Under the pieces are notes generated by a model, which was given only the letters and a program-made list of their open reading frames with translations, was not told the DNA's origin and ran no database searches. A DNA stretch of 64,000 bases, taken from positions 44,454,001-44,518,000 of the forward strand of contig OX597833.1 in NCBI GenBank assembly GCA_951406725.2, in the 5' to 3' direction. Made by a program: the position numbers and the translations under genes. This document shows positions 52,293-64,000 of the stretch, piece after piece (position 1 is the stretch's first letter; each line of letters begins with the position of its first letter). This DNA is from Octopus vulgaris (lineage: Eukaryota).

Positions 52293-53496
52293 AAAATAGT
52301 AAAGAGTGAAAAAACGACAGAAGGCTTAAATGTTAAAGAATATATATATTTGCGTCAATATGTCTGGAGAATATTGGAAAAAATTTTTTCCCTTCTTATA
52401 ATGACATAATTTTATAATTTTTAAAGAAAGACCGGTTTCGCATTTAGCTCTTCAAATTTCTTGCGACGTAATGTTTATCTTTAATAGCGTTATCCTTGTT
52501 TTTTTGCTACGGAGAGTTCTAAATAAGGGAAGGTAGTGCGTGATTTCTTCCGAAAATACTACCTTACATATCTACATACAACCCCAGAAACAAAGAAGCT
52601 TTCACCATCATCACCCAGAATTTACCAATACTTCATAAAAACCCCAAATTAAAGGAGATTCTAAACATACACCAAATCATTAAAAGCTACAAACAGCCTA
52701 AATCACTTAAAAAGATTCTCACAAAGGCAAAAATTATCTTCTGAAATTACGGATGCAAAAGTAAAAAAATGTAGTAGATCGAACTGTGCAACATGTCCTA
52801 ACCTACTAGAAGGATCAGAATTCTTCTTTAAAGAGGGACAGAAATTCAAGATCAAATCTAACTTTACTTGTGCCTCTGAAAACATAATTTATGTCATAAA
52901 ATGCTCGGGCTGCCACCAAGACTACGTGGGGTCCATGGGACTATCACTCAGACGTAGATGCACACTGCATCGACAACAGATTGCATTCCCAGAATATAGA
53001 ATGATACCTTTTAGTGAGCACATTGAGAAATGCGCAAAGCAACTACAACCACAATTTTTAATCTTTCCATTTTACCAATGTGCTTTCGGATCATCAACAC
53101 AAATTAGACTAAACAAGGAAACATTCTTCATTGAAAAGTACAAACCCAGACTCAGCTATCCAAACATAATAATACAGAGAAATTCACACTAAGAGAAAAA
53201 GGAAAAAAAAATTTTTAAGCGATTATCTCCTTTACACCGGAAGAAATCACGCACTACCTTCCCTTATTTAGAACTCTCCGTAGCAAAAAAACAAGGATAA
53301 CGCTATTAAAGATAAACATTACGTCGCAAGAAATTTGAAGAGCTAAATGCGAAACCGGTCTTTCTTTAAAAATTATAAAATTATGTCATTATAAGAAGGG
53401 AAAAAAATTTTTCCAATATTCTCCAGACATATTGACGCAAATATATATATTCTTTAACATTTAAGCCTTCTGTCGTTTTTTCACTCTTTACTATTT

Positions 53497-53497
<1 letters not shown>
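52293..53497 (+). mobile_element. 5'-truncated Penelope-like retroelement: GIY-YIG endonuclease region flanked by inverted pLTR arms
   Basis: KQPKSLKKIL...CSRSNCATC...IIYVIKCSGCHQDYVGSMG...RRRCTLH...ETFFIEKYKPRL, with a frameshift near 52730. Arms 52293-52552 and 53238-53497 are 260-bp reverse complements. Confidence 0.92.
53328..53366 (+). ncRNA. Minimal hammerhead-like motif in the Penelope pLTR (mirror copy on the minus strand at 52424-52462)
   Basis: AAGAAA-t-TTGAAGA-GC taaat GC-GAAA-CCG-GTC-TTTCTT; palindromic stem III; C3-to-U variant. Confidence 0.6.
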
Positions 53498-53539
<42 letters not shown>

Positions 53540-53542
<3 letters not shown>

Positions 53543-53757
53543 AAAAGAGTTTCTGAATATAAGTCTATAGGCTTATTTTTTTCTCCTTTTTTTTTTTTCT
53601 CTCCTTGTTTCTCTCCTCGTTTTCTCTGTCCCTTTCTGTAGAAGAGCGTAGGCTCGAAACGTAAAATACTTTTTCCATTCCTGAGCGTTATACTAATATA
53701 TCTGTTTATTTTGTACACCACATGTCTTCGTCTTTTGTTTTTGTTTTTGTAAACTCT

Positions 53758-53760
<3 letters not shown>
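53540..53760 (+). mobile_element. Penelope-type pLTR remnant between (TA)n tracts, with a hammerhead-like motif at 53628-53669
   Basis: ttt-CTGTAGA-a-GAGC gtag GCTC-GAAA-CG-TA-aaa; non-canonical core. Confidence 0.55.
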
Positions 53761-53822
<62 letters not shown>

Positions 53823-54102
53823 TAAAGTTCTATAACCACTTGTCAGTTTTACAATCCTATTAATGTTTATAGTGATTGCTTCTCATCCACCTTAGTCACT
53901 TTCAGCAAGGCGGACTGAAATGGGTACAGATAATTACAAGCTGTTGCAACATTCCATGTTGATTCAGCCATTCATTCTGTTATGTACCGTACGTAAAATG
54001 TTTCACGGGAAATTCTTTAATTACTAACACTTGTCAAAATCATGAAGGTCAAAACGAAGTGAGGTAGCTGCGTAACGTTGAAAATCTAAAATTTATCAAT
54101 AA

Positions 54103-55254
54103 CTAGCAGCATAGCCCAGCGTTGCCCGGGTACGTAAGAGCCCCTAGTAGGCGACGACTAATCCGAATCTAGTCCTTTCCCTCTAGGGAACGAAGGTGCA
54201 TGTGTAGGTTGCAATGTCTTCTCTTCACTCCCAAATAACTATCAAACAGCTATCGATAATTCAACCCAACCAATTCCTACCAGGAAGAAATTGCATTCGA
54301 GACTTTACCCCCAACACCGCCACTTCTGCTAATAGCTGCTGCAGCCGCAAGTTATTCGAATACTTTTTTTGTTTAAACTTTCTTTATAACTACCATCCCA
54401 AACGTTTTACCTTAAATTTTTGACGTACCCTAAGGGTCCTCGGACGCTACTTGCAAACTCTTGGTTTATTATAAACCGCTTTTGTCGTGTGCACCAAAAA
54501 ACCTTTTCCGTTCGTTTGTTCAGTTTGGTCACTTTTCACTTTTTCGTTGTTGTCACTCACATTGCTGCCCGCTTTTTTGCCGTTTTTGTACATATTTATA
54601 CATTTTGGGATACTTACCCCACGTTTTCCGAGAGTTAAAAAGGTCGAGTTGCGTCCCCTAGACAGTCTGTGGTCTGCGTTTAATACACAAATCGGTTTGC
54701 TATGTGTGCCACATATGATTTAATTAACCGATTTTTTCCAGTAATAAAGTATCCTATTGGAATAAAAACGGCCATATAGCTCCTTGGAGCAGACATGATG
54801 CTCGCAGTGAATTTTTTAAAAAATTCCTGCCAATTTGTGAAAGATATTGTCGAAAATATGTCATCTTGAATTTGAACGCGATTTCCCAAAATGGCATGAT
54901 TTTATCGATTTTTTCTGATGGTAAGATATTGCATGGAAAACTAACGTCAGAATTAAGTTTCTTAGGGTAACATTAAGCTTCACCATGAGTTTGGTGAAAA
55001 TCGATTGCAAGTTGCGAAAACTACAACAGAAAATGTGTTGCATATAAAAAGCTTAGATTCTCGACCCCATGTTGAATTTATCGATTTTTTTTCAGAACTG
55101 GGGAACTTTTCAAAATTTTCGCTGCGATAGCTTTGAATTATGACATTGGGCTATGTGTGTGTCAAGTTTCATGAGAATCGGTTGAAAGCCGTGGTCAGGG
55201 TGAGGGTACAACCTGACAGACACACAGACAAACTGCCGTTTATATAGAAAGAGA
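54103..55254 (-). mobile_element. Non-autonomous Helitron (same 5' family as 38094-38455)
   Basis: Minus-strand 5' TCtctttctatataaacggcagtttgtctg; 3' hairpin cccgggcaacgctgggc plus CTAG at 54103; A/T insertion site. Confidence 0.9.
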
Positions 55255-55429
55255 TCAAGTGTAACAATATTTGCAACTGCTTGTCAACTGACATTTGCTA
55301 GTGATTCCTGTAGAATCTCCAAATGAGAAATGTATGTCATTAATGTTACCAGACAGACTCGTCAGTTAAAGTTAATAATGAGTAAGCTGATGCAGCAAGC
55401 AAACATTATACAATAAAAAATGTCTAAAG

Positions 55430-55850
55430 TTCCTAGCAGATACTTTCCTGGATGCGTGGAGGGTAAGATAGTCAACTGTTGAGATCGAACACTTGACCTA
55501 TTCCTACAATATTCAGTAAGTTTGTCAATTTCCTTTAATGTCCTACTTCAACTATAGATATGTTATGGAAACTTTTAGTCAATACTCTATCAACATTGTA
55601 CTAACTACTGAAGATTATGCCTGAGGCTCATTCCACTGAGTACCTTCTATCTCAAAGTGTAGACGTGCTTTAATCCTGAAATTCGAAATTGTTTTACGCA
55701 CCTGATCAGACATACCGCAGAGACATAAATCGAAGTTGTACGTTATTGACAAAAGGCGATATCAAATATATTGCCCCACACGATTTCGGAATTAATACTT
55801 TATAACAAAACAACTGGTTATCTTCCAAAGTAAACTACATTAGTGACGAA
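55430..55850 (-). mobile_element. Decayed Helitron Rep fragment paralogous to about 39930-40500
   Basis: Shared tracts such as tagtcaatactctatcaacattgtac and ctttaatcctgaaattcgaaattg in the same flanking context. Confidence 0.6.
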
Positions 55851-56321
55851 ATGCAGACTTTTTGCAGCAACTTATGACTTCTTAAGCTGACAAAATAGAG
55901 TATTGGTGAGACAAATAGCACAAATATTAAAATTTCATATCGACTAACTTGAAGCATATTTTATAAGACCAGAGTACTATAGAAATTGATTTGTCATATA
56001 AATAATCATGGAGTTGAATGATGAGGGAGATTGGTGTAAAAAAAAAGAGTTTACAAAACTTTTTTCATACAAAGATGCGCCCCCATCCCATCATTTCAAA
56101 GGCTGTGATATTTTTTTTTTTAAATTAGGAATATTCCTAAAAAAAATGTCCCCACAAATTTCTTTATAATCGTAATCTATGCCTTTTGAAAGGGACTTGT
56201 ATAAATTTTCATTAAAACATACCCATCTTTCTGAAAGTTATGAAATAAAAAAGTTAGATCGTGTGAATTATCCAAAACTTCTCTCTCCACCCCCTCGGAA
56301 AAATTCTTTCTCATAAATCCC

Positions 56322-56547
56322 ATTTCTTTATTGCTCACAAGGGGCTAAACATAGAGAAGACAAACAAGGAAAAAGGGATTAAGTCGTTTACCTCGACCCC
56401 AGTGCATAACTGGTACTTAATTTATCCACCCCGAAAGGATGAAAGGCAAAGTCGACTTCGGCGGAATTTGAACTCAGAACGTAACGGCAGACGAAATACA
56501 GCTAAGGATTTCGCCCGGCGTGCTAACGTTTCTGCCAGCTCGCCGCC
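56322..56547 (-). mobile_element. Young tRNA-derived Meta-domain-like SINE with target-site duplication
   Basis: Head ggcggcgagctggcagaaacgttagc; gtcgactttgcctttcatcctttcgggg domain; 15-bp TSD tttctcataaatccc at 56307-56321 and 56548-56562. Confidence 0.9.
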
Positions 56548-56719
56548 TTTCTCATAAATCCCTATATACTCTGAGCCACAACAGTTAAGCGGTATTTGCA
56601 GAAACCTGTATACGATAGTGCAGCAGCTGATATGGATGCACAGGATGCAAACTCAAAGCCATGCATTTCAATGCACAAGACCGCCTCAAGTGACAGTCCC
56701 AGGATGGCCAACACTAACA

Positions 56720-57670
56720 CCTGCCCCAATATCGCACCCATATTCCAACTAAACATTGGAGGTCTGCTAAAACTCAGCAACAGAGGTAAAATTCTCTATC
56801 TAAAAGAGCTTGCTATATGCAGTCGAGCAATATGCATGGCACTCACTGAAACGCATTTAACCCCAAATGTAACAGAAGCTGTAGTACACATACCAGGGTA
56901 TGCTATATTTCGTACCGACAGAAAAGGAACAAGCCACGGTGGAGTTGCTAAGTACATCAGTGAAGATGTCACACCTTTTGTATTACTGTGACATTCAAAC
57001 TTAGTCTGCGATACCTTAATAATACATACAAGGCAAGTTTATGCAGCTGTATGCACAACATATCGTCTGATGAATAGCACAAAATATGATGGTAAGTTTG
57101 AGGATAGCCTCTAACACATTGAACAAGTATTAACAAACCTAGATCAGAACATCAACATACTCCTCCTAGGTGACTTCAACCTCCCACATGTTAAATGGTC
57201 AGAAGGCCACATTCTATCTGGGATGTCATAAACAAAAACATGTGGAGTCGTTATTTGAACTCACTAATATTCTGCTCATGAAGCAGGTGATACTCAGGAC
57301 AATCAGGGGTAACAACATATTGGACCTCTACTTCACATATAATAATGACCTTATCCATAATACGGAGGTGACACCAGCAGCACTGTCAGATCACTACATT
57401 GTTGAACTAACTATGTATGGTCCTGCGCGAACTGCTGACCTCTACCCTATCAGAAATACTCAAGCATTATCCAACCTGAATTTCTATAAAGCAAAATGGG
57501 AATCAATCCGCAAGAAGATCCACAAATGAAACTGGTTCAACATTCTATGTACGCAAGACATTGACTTGAAACTCAGCTAGTTTATGACAACAGTGCAAGT
57601 TATATGCACTAAATATACCCCAGAAATAAAGGCCAGCACAGACAAACAAGATTCCCAGAGACAGAAAAAT
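56720..57670 (+). mobile_element. CR1-clade LINE APE endonuclease region, pseudogenised
   Basis: LTETHL, IPGYAIFRTDR...GGVA, LLGDFNLP, GNNILDL and LSDHYIV motifs, with stops. Confidence 0.88.
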
Positions 57671-57674
57671 CCTT

Positions 57675-58175
57675 GCTTTGCTGTTGTAACGGCTTTGGTC
57701 TCGTCCTTTTTCTTCAGGATGGTGCAGATGGTCAACGTGTTCCTGTTGTAATTACGTGCTATGTCCACTACACACATTCCTCTTTCATGTTTTTCAATGA
57801 TTTCCTTCTCCAATTCTATCGTAATCAGCTTTTCTTTCTTCTCAACACTGTCCTTTGCCCTAAACTTCTTTGGATAACTAATGGCTAACACAGCTAATTA
57901 TTATGAAATAATAGTAAAAAAAAATACCCACAAAAACAAGATGTCACTGGGAAAAACACAAGAATTTTGTCACAACGAGATAAACACGTGAACTGAGCGA
58001 GTGGCGGCTGCGCTTGTTGGGAGAGCGTGTGTGAACTCAGCACTGACTAGCGGTCGCTTGTATGAGACTCGCTCATACTGCAGATTTCCACTCGTACTTT
58101 AAGAGAAAAATTCATACGAGCCACGCCTCGTATAGCAAATTAATCGTGCAATGGTGCACTCGTACTGCGAGGTTG
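57675..58175 (-). mobile_element. Tigger/pogo 5' fragment (CENP-B-type HTH)
   Basis: ITIELEKEIIEKHERGMCVVDIARNYNRNTLTICTILKKKD; TIR-like cctcgcagtacgag near 58172. Confidence 0.8.
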
Positions 58176-58589
58176 TATATAAATATATGATATATGGTAT
58201 ATATATATATATATATATTTGTTTATTTATTTATTTATATTAAGGGTATTACTATACATAAATGCCTCACGCTAGGAGGGACTATTACAGTCAAATCTAC
58301 CATAATAAATACCGAACTCGAGGGAATGCAAATCTCGAAGCGAGCATTTTGAAAACAGAATTCAGCTGCATATCATATGATTTCATAATTAGTGTACAAA
58401 ATGCACCTTTTAATCGTAAGTGCAAGCATAATTCAAGATACACAAAAAATGAACAAAAATCAACATGCCAGATGAACAGCAAATGTATCCAGCATAGTAC
58501 ATAGAATTGTTCACACTTATATATCTATGTAAAAGGCGGGCTTTTCGAATTGCATCTTGCTGCTTTTGTTGTTGTTGTTGTTGTTAAAC

Positions 58590-58760
58590 ATGACGAAGTG
58601 GCAAGATCGTTACACGATGAACAAACTACTTAGCGACATTTCTTCCGGCTTTACGTTCTGACTTCAAATTCCACCGAAGTCAACTTTGCCTTATATCATT
58701 CCGGGGTCGGTAAAATAAGTACTGGTTGAATACTGGGGTGGTGTAATCGATTTATCTCCG
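58590..58760 (+). mobile_element. Degenerate Meta-domain-like SINE
   Basis: ttacgttctgacttcaaattccaccgaagtcaactttgccttatatcattccggggtcggtaaaataagtac. Confidence 0.7.
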
Positions 58761-59199
58761 AAATTCTGCTCTTCATATCTGTTCTTACTTTATTTTCAGA
58801 ACTTCACTAATTAATGCTGTACTTTGTAGACGTTTGTTCTGCACTGCACTAACTACTAAAGTCGAGGGCGCGAGGCCTAGTTGCTGGGATTGCAATCACA
58901 ATTACGAGATCGTGATTCCAGTTCCTGGATTAAGAGGTGTGTTGTACTCTTGAGCACAAACATTTGATCACTATTAACAAATTATTTATGTAGATTGCTC
59001 TGCAAGAAATTGCAGAACTCGGACTACAAGAAACTACCATCTTAACTCTCAGATTAAGAACAGGTTTTCTTAGGTTTTCTCTCAAATTATTTGTCACAGC
59101 TCCAAGGCACAAGTAATAATTGACAGACATTACTTTGTGAACTTCTCTCTTACCTGCAGATGTATTTTACTTGAAGTGGATTTTTTTCTTTTCTCTTTT

Positions 59200-60600
59200 A
59201 ATCTTTTTTGTACCTTTAGTATCAAATGAGCATGCCACGTCGATTACAATACATAATTTCTTCATATCAACAAATACAATACCCAGTTTGTTGTGTCTTT
59301 TGCTTCTTTCGCTTTAAACAGGAACGTCGCATCGAAACCTCACTTCATGTTATTTGATGATTTTCCTGTCTATTCCTACAAAATAATTGGGGATTTTTAT
59401 GCAAACCTTTTCGCAAAAATTCCAGCGAATTATCGCAGTAATTTTATCATCTCTACAGTTTTTGAATTCATTCTAAACTAATTGAATATTCAAAGGCAAT
59501 GAGCTATGGTTTCTTCCCAGTAATCGCACGTTCTGCATTTGGAGGAACAGCCTTACCAATCTAACATCTCCTTGATCCAGTTTTCCCTTAGAGCTTGTTC
59601 CTGTTCTACAAAGCCCATTCTATCAGTTTCTTTCTTCAATCCTTTTTAACCAAAGCCAGCTATGCATGAGATCTCCCATTTATTTTGGCGAATGAAGATT
59701 CTGTCCTGCAAAGTTTTATATTCCTCTTTTCCATATATCTCTGTTTTCTTTTTGGGCACTGCAAATTCTGTAAATAGTCTCCCTGACAGAGGAAGTAAAC
59801 TATGTATATCTTATTTGCCGAATACAAATCAAATATCTTTATACCATCACTGCTGCTTGGGATAGGACTTTTGAGAGCAAAGCCGGAATGAAGAAACACC
59901 TGGTCTGACGTGTCACACGCCTCCTAATATACTGGTACTACAATTTATGGGAATACGCAATACTGATGTCAAGTTGAAGGTCGTTGGCAATAGCTTTGTT
60001 GACACTTGGCTTATCATGACATTTGTGACACAGCATAGGCTACTGGTGAGTGCTGAGGAAACAAGGCATGAAATTTTGTCGTGTAGTGTCTGAAGAGTGA
60101 CATTTTCTCAGGTAGTTGTCTCTGATAAGCTCCGAAGACCAGAAAGCCATTGCGGAAATGTGCCCCGCTAAGAGTGAGGTGGAGAAGACCATGAAAAATT
60201 GGTGGCGCAAAGCAACCAAAGCTTCTTAGCTTGGATATACTACAGGAGGACTTTGTCTGTTCGGAATAAATTGTAGATGTTTAACTATGCTGGGGCTGCC
60301 AGTGAATGAATATCTCTGAGATGCGTGCAGGTTTAGAAACTATCCAGTACACACACGTTTCAGTGCCGTGAATTTCGTTTATGTCGAAAAACTGTTATCA
60401 TGTCCGGAGTGGAAATAGCTATCAACCAACTTTATCTATATCTATCGCCTTCCTTTCGCCTGATGGCTGGCTGTGAAGAGGAAAGTTGTGTAGCGTACAT
60501 GAGTAAAATATTTGTTAACTGGAGCTTTTTCTCAAGTATCACTCGAAGAAGAAGCTGGATGTAAAAATGGAGATAGACCCTTCTAGAAAGTGTTATGAAA
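59200..60600 (-). mobile_element. Highly degenerate RTE-like LINE (5' UTR and endonuclease relic)
   Basis: Decayed LQLDI-like endonuclease start and a GC-richer leader; no intact frame. Confidence 0.35.
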
Positions 60601-60809
60601 TGTGTGTGCTGTTGAATAAATATACACTATACTGTTGTATACTTCCAGCAAGAAACAGTAATCAAGGATTCTTTATATGTATACCTTCAATCACCGCATG
60701 TACTTGCCCGCTTCAATTCTGAGGATCTATGGTGCTTATTCTATTGCTCTATAAATATGTATGTATAATTGTTAAAGAGGGCAACAAATATTAAGGCAAA
60801 GCAAACATC

Positions 60810-61040
60810 TCAAATCATGTACATTGTAATTATTATTGGAAAAAATTCAAACTCTTACAGCTGTTTCTGGGATATCCCGTCACCGGAGACAATTATGGAA
60901 AATGAAGATAGTATAGATTAATGGAATGATGACATAGAGGACAGGAGTAAAGGAATAAGGGATATGATATACTCTGGGATATCCCAGAAACATCGGGAAG
61001 ACTTTGAATTTTTTCCAATAATAATAATGTATATGACTTG
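60810..61040. repeat. Imperfect inverted repeat (arms of about 65 bp); Penelope-type remnant with a degenerate minimal hammerhead on the minus strand at 60852-60889
   Basis: attattggaaaaaattcaaa...tgtttctgggatatccc versus gggatatcccagaaaca...tttgaattttttccaataat. Minus strand reads tct-CCGGTGA-cgggatatccca-GAAA-CAGCTG-TA-aga. Confidence 0.65.
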
Positions 61041-61786
61041 GAGTACACATGCAAGGCAATTTCTTATGTATGACAAGTAAATCCAAATACGTATAGAGAA
61101 ACTTACATCTTTTAATTGCAGAATTCACCTTACAAAGCTGACAATTGCTTCAGCTGAATTAAAATATTTATATATAGAAAATATGATTGAAATTAATTTT
61201 TCGAAAAATACACGTTAACGCAACGTTTTCAAGGTGATCCAAAATTAGTTAAATTCTAAGTAAACTCAGGAAATATTTCCAGTACACGAACGTATACATA
61301 AAGAACGCTAGAAAGAAATATAATATAATAAAAGCTATTTTTTGTATTCGATTATCGGTGACGTCACTGGATAATGAAAGTATAAAAAATAAACATAAGA
61401 ATTCTACGTTACAACAATTAGAGAGACTTCATGCAAATTAGTTATCTATTTATTGAATTTAATAAACAATTTTAGAGAAATCATGCTTATCATATAACAT
61501 ATAAAAAGCAATTACAATCAAAAATAGGAATATTTAAAAGCCTTCCGAAATTTGTGGCAACATTTCATTGTAAAATTCCTATCAAAATTTAATAAAATTA
61601 ATTTAGAAGTAATTACGCAGCCTGCTTTCCAACCACATAGCTCCGGGTTCAGTCCCACTGCGTGCCACCTTGAACAAGTGTCTTGTGAGTGAATTTGGTT
61701 ATCGGAAACTAGAAGAAACCCGTCGAATATGCGTGTGTGTCTTCTAGTATGCATCTTGTACGTATGTATATATGTGTATGCATGTG

Positions 61787-61818
<32 letters not shown>

Positions 61819-61927
61819 CGTACATATATATATATAGTTGCATTACTATGTATGTACGCTTATGTATATACGTGTCAGTTTGAGTGTGTGTGTGTTTATG
61901 TGTGTGTGTATTTGTGTGTGTGTGCCT

Positions 61928-61961
<34 letters not shown>

Positions 61962-62625
61962 TTGCACTCTGCCGACGATCCACATTCAAATTCCACCATC
62001 CCCAGTCCATTGTTCGTTGCGAACGTTTAGGCTAAGTTCTGCTGGAAAGCTGTTTACATCAGTCTGGAATCCGTTGACGTGCTCGATTTAGTCCGTCACA
62101 TACCTATGTAGAACTTTGATACTCACTGACTCTATGCAAGTGCTATCAATCGAACGGTTTCTACCCAGTGGGTTTCAGAGATCAGGAGCTAGTATGAACA
62201 ACGCATCCTTTGTGATTTGAGTTGAGGAAATGATCAATGATTATTTCCACTACAATTATGCCGTATGACTTTATCCGTTCGCCTTCTAACATATAACCTA
62301 CTGCCTTTTCTGATCTACTACCCTCTTTTGCTACCACTTTGTTAAAACTAACAAATGAAATTGGGAACATTCAGAATGGCATTCTTAACAATATTCCTAA
62401 TTACTAATTACATAGAAATATACATGCATACCCGCATGCAAAAGACATATACGCGCATGAAAATATAGATATACGCATGTCAAAAATATGCAAAAACTAA
62501 TACACATACGTATTTAAAACTAAGCTTGCTCACTGATCTGAGGCTAATAGCAACAATTTTTTTTTAAAAAGCGATAAAATATTAACCAATGTGAACCAAC
62601 GATAAGTAGCTCAGCTTTTGTTACG

Positions 62626-62930
62626 TCATTCCAAACTGATAGTTCGCGCAATTTCTGTTCCAAATGCTTTGCATGTGAAAGTTGTGTAATCTAAGTCTTT
62701 CTCTGTTACAAGGTAGTAATACTCCGCATCTACCACAACAAAGCATTTGTCACTATGTGGAACTATCTGTATTTTATAGAGCTTACGCCATAGATTGGGA
62801 GTCCCTATGGTCCATTTAAAAGTGACAGTTGGTGGAGAAGGTAACCCAACAATTGCTGTACATCTGATGATCCATGGTCTTACGAAGGTTTTATCACTGA
62901 CCATTTCCAGAGACTGTATATGAGATTTCG
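62626..62930 (-). CDS. Two-Ig-like-domain gene, divergent paralog C, exon 3 (upstream exons lie beyond the window)
   Basis: Acceptor ttttttccag|CG (phase 1). Reads AKSHIQSLEMV...IRCTAIVGLPSPPTVTFKWTI...DKCFVVV...TTFTCKAFGTEIARTISLE*. The three Cys, the Trp and the stop position match exon 3 of A and B. Confidence 0.8.
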
Positions 62931-63515
62931 CTGGAAAAAAATGAATCAATATATGTAATTCTTTCAACAATAAGCCTCACAATAAAATATTGTATATTTA
63001 CACTGATGAAAATTACAATCTTCGTACAACACTGAAATATTTAACAACACTTCCGATGGACCCTTTTCGTTACTGGTTCCAAGTGTTCAAATATCTAACT
63101 TTATAACAAAAGCAATGCTTAAGCAACGTAGAGCCAGACTAATCTGACAATAACTATAGAGACACAGATACAATCATGCACGTATATACATGTGTATGTA
63201 TGTATGTATGTATGTATGTATGTATGTATGTATGTATGTATGTATGTATGTATGTATGTATGTATGTATGTATGTGCATGTTTGAAAGACGCTCCTTTTC
63301 TTTCAATAGAGTCTTCCTTGGAAAACAACTCCAATGGACGTGAGTTGTTTCCGAGCTTTCCATCTACTTTTCTACTGTTTTCGTCACTAAGGAATATTTT
63401 TAGATGTTTGGGAGAATTAATTTTTCAAAACTCTTTACTTTCATATCTATTTTATCTCTCCTCAGCTCTTATGCTGGACACAATCATTTAGAAAATGCGA
63501 ACATTTGAAACGATG

Positions 63516-63721
63516 TACTCTTTACACTTTTACTTGTTTCAGTCAGTTGACTGCGGCCATGCTGGAGCACCGCCTTTAGTCGAGCAAATCGACCCCGGGA
63601 CTTAGTCTTTATAAGCCCAGTACTTATTCTATCGGGCTCTTTTGCCGAACCGCTAAGTGACGGGGACGTAAACACACCAGCATCGGTTGTCAAGCAATGC
63701 TAGGGGGACAAACACAGACAG

Positions 63722-63754
<33 letters not shown>

Positions 63755-63897
63755 CATATATACGACAGGCTTCTTTCAGTTTGCGTCTACCAAATCCACT
63801 CACAAGGCATTGGTCGGCCCGGGGCTATAGCAGAAGACACTTGCCCAAGATGTCACGCAGTGGGACTGAACCCGGAACCATGTGGTTGGTTAGCAAG
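63516..63897 (-). mobile_element. tRNA-derived SINE (family of 5865-6273), head slightly truncated
   Basis: Reverse complement of the SINE body and tail. Confidence 0.9.
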
Positions 63898-64000
63898 CTA
63901 GATGTGTGAACTTTCGTAAACAAAGTTTGTATAGAATTGGAAGCTACCTGTTGGAATGTTTCAGCTATAACGAAAAAAAACACATTCAAAGCGTTCTGAG

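Noticed and set aside
60880-61128. 82-aa ORF with a hydrophobic C-terminus as a TM exon of paralog C
   Set aside because: It overlaps an inverted-repeat TE remnant, exon 3 of C already ends in a stop codon, and A and B have no counterpart.

Overview
AT-rich, microsatellite- and transposon-dense eukaryotic genomic DNA. The SINE families and (TTAGGG)n repeats point to a cephalopod, most likely Octopus; this is pattern recognition, not a database result. The window is a tandemly duplicated block: about 1-21271 is repeated at about 21272-47480, with older relic copies further right. Each full unit carries a minus-strand, 3-exon gene that the ORF track only shows in fragments. It has a hydrophobic leader exon and two Ig-like domain exons, joined by phase-1 introns, and encodes a basic protein of about 235 aa with no downstream transmembrane segment. 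Present are two intact-looking paralogs (A: 15062-10256; B: 37781-31750), two orphan pseudo-exons, and the last exon of a third divergent paralog (62930-62626). Exons of A and B are much more diverged than their adjacent introns, which suggests diversifying selection. The second highlight is an array of about 490-bp repeats (49201-50899; three tandem copies plus one inverted partial copy). Each copy carries a complete type I hammerhead ribozyme fold, as in retrozymes or Penelope pLTRs. Further hammerhead-like motifs occur in Penelope-type remnants. The rest is Mariner, Gypsy, Helitron, Chapaev-like, Tigger, CR1/RTE and SINE copies. All alignments, counts and folds were done by eye.
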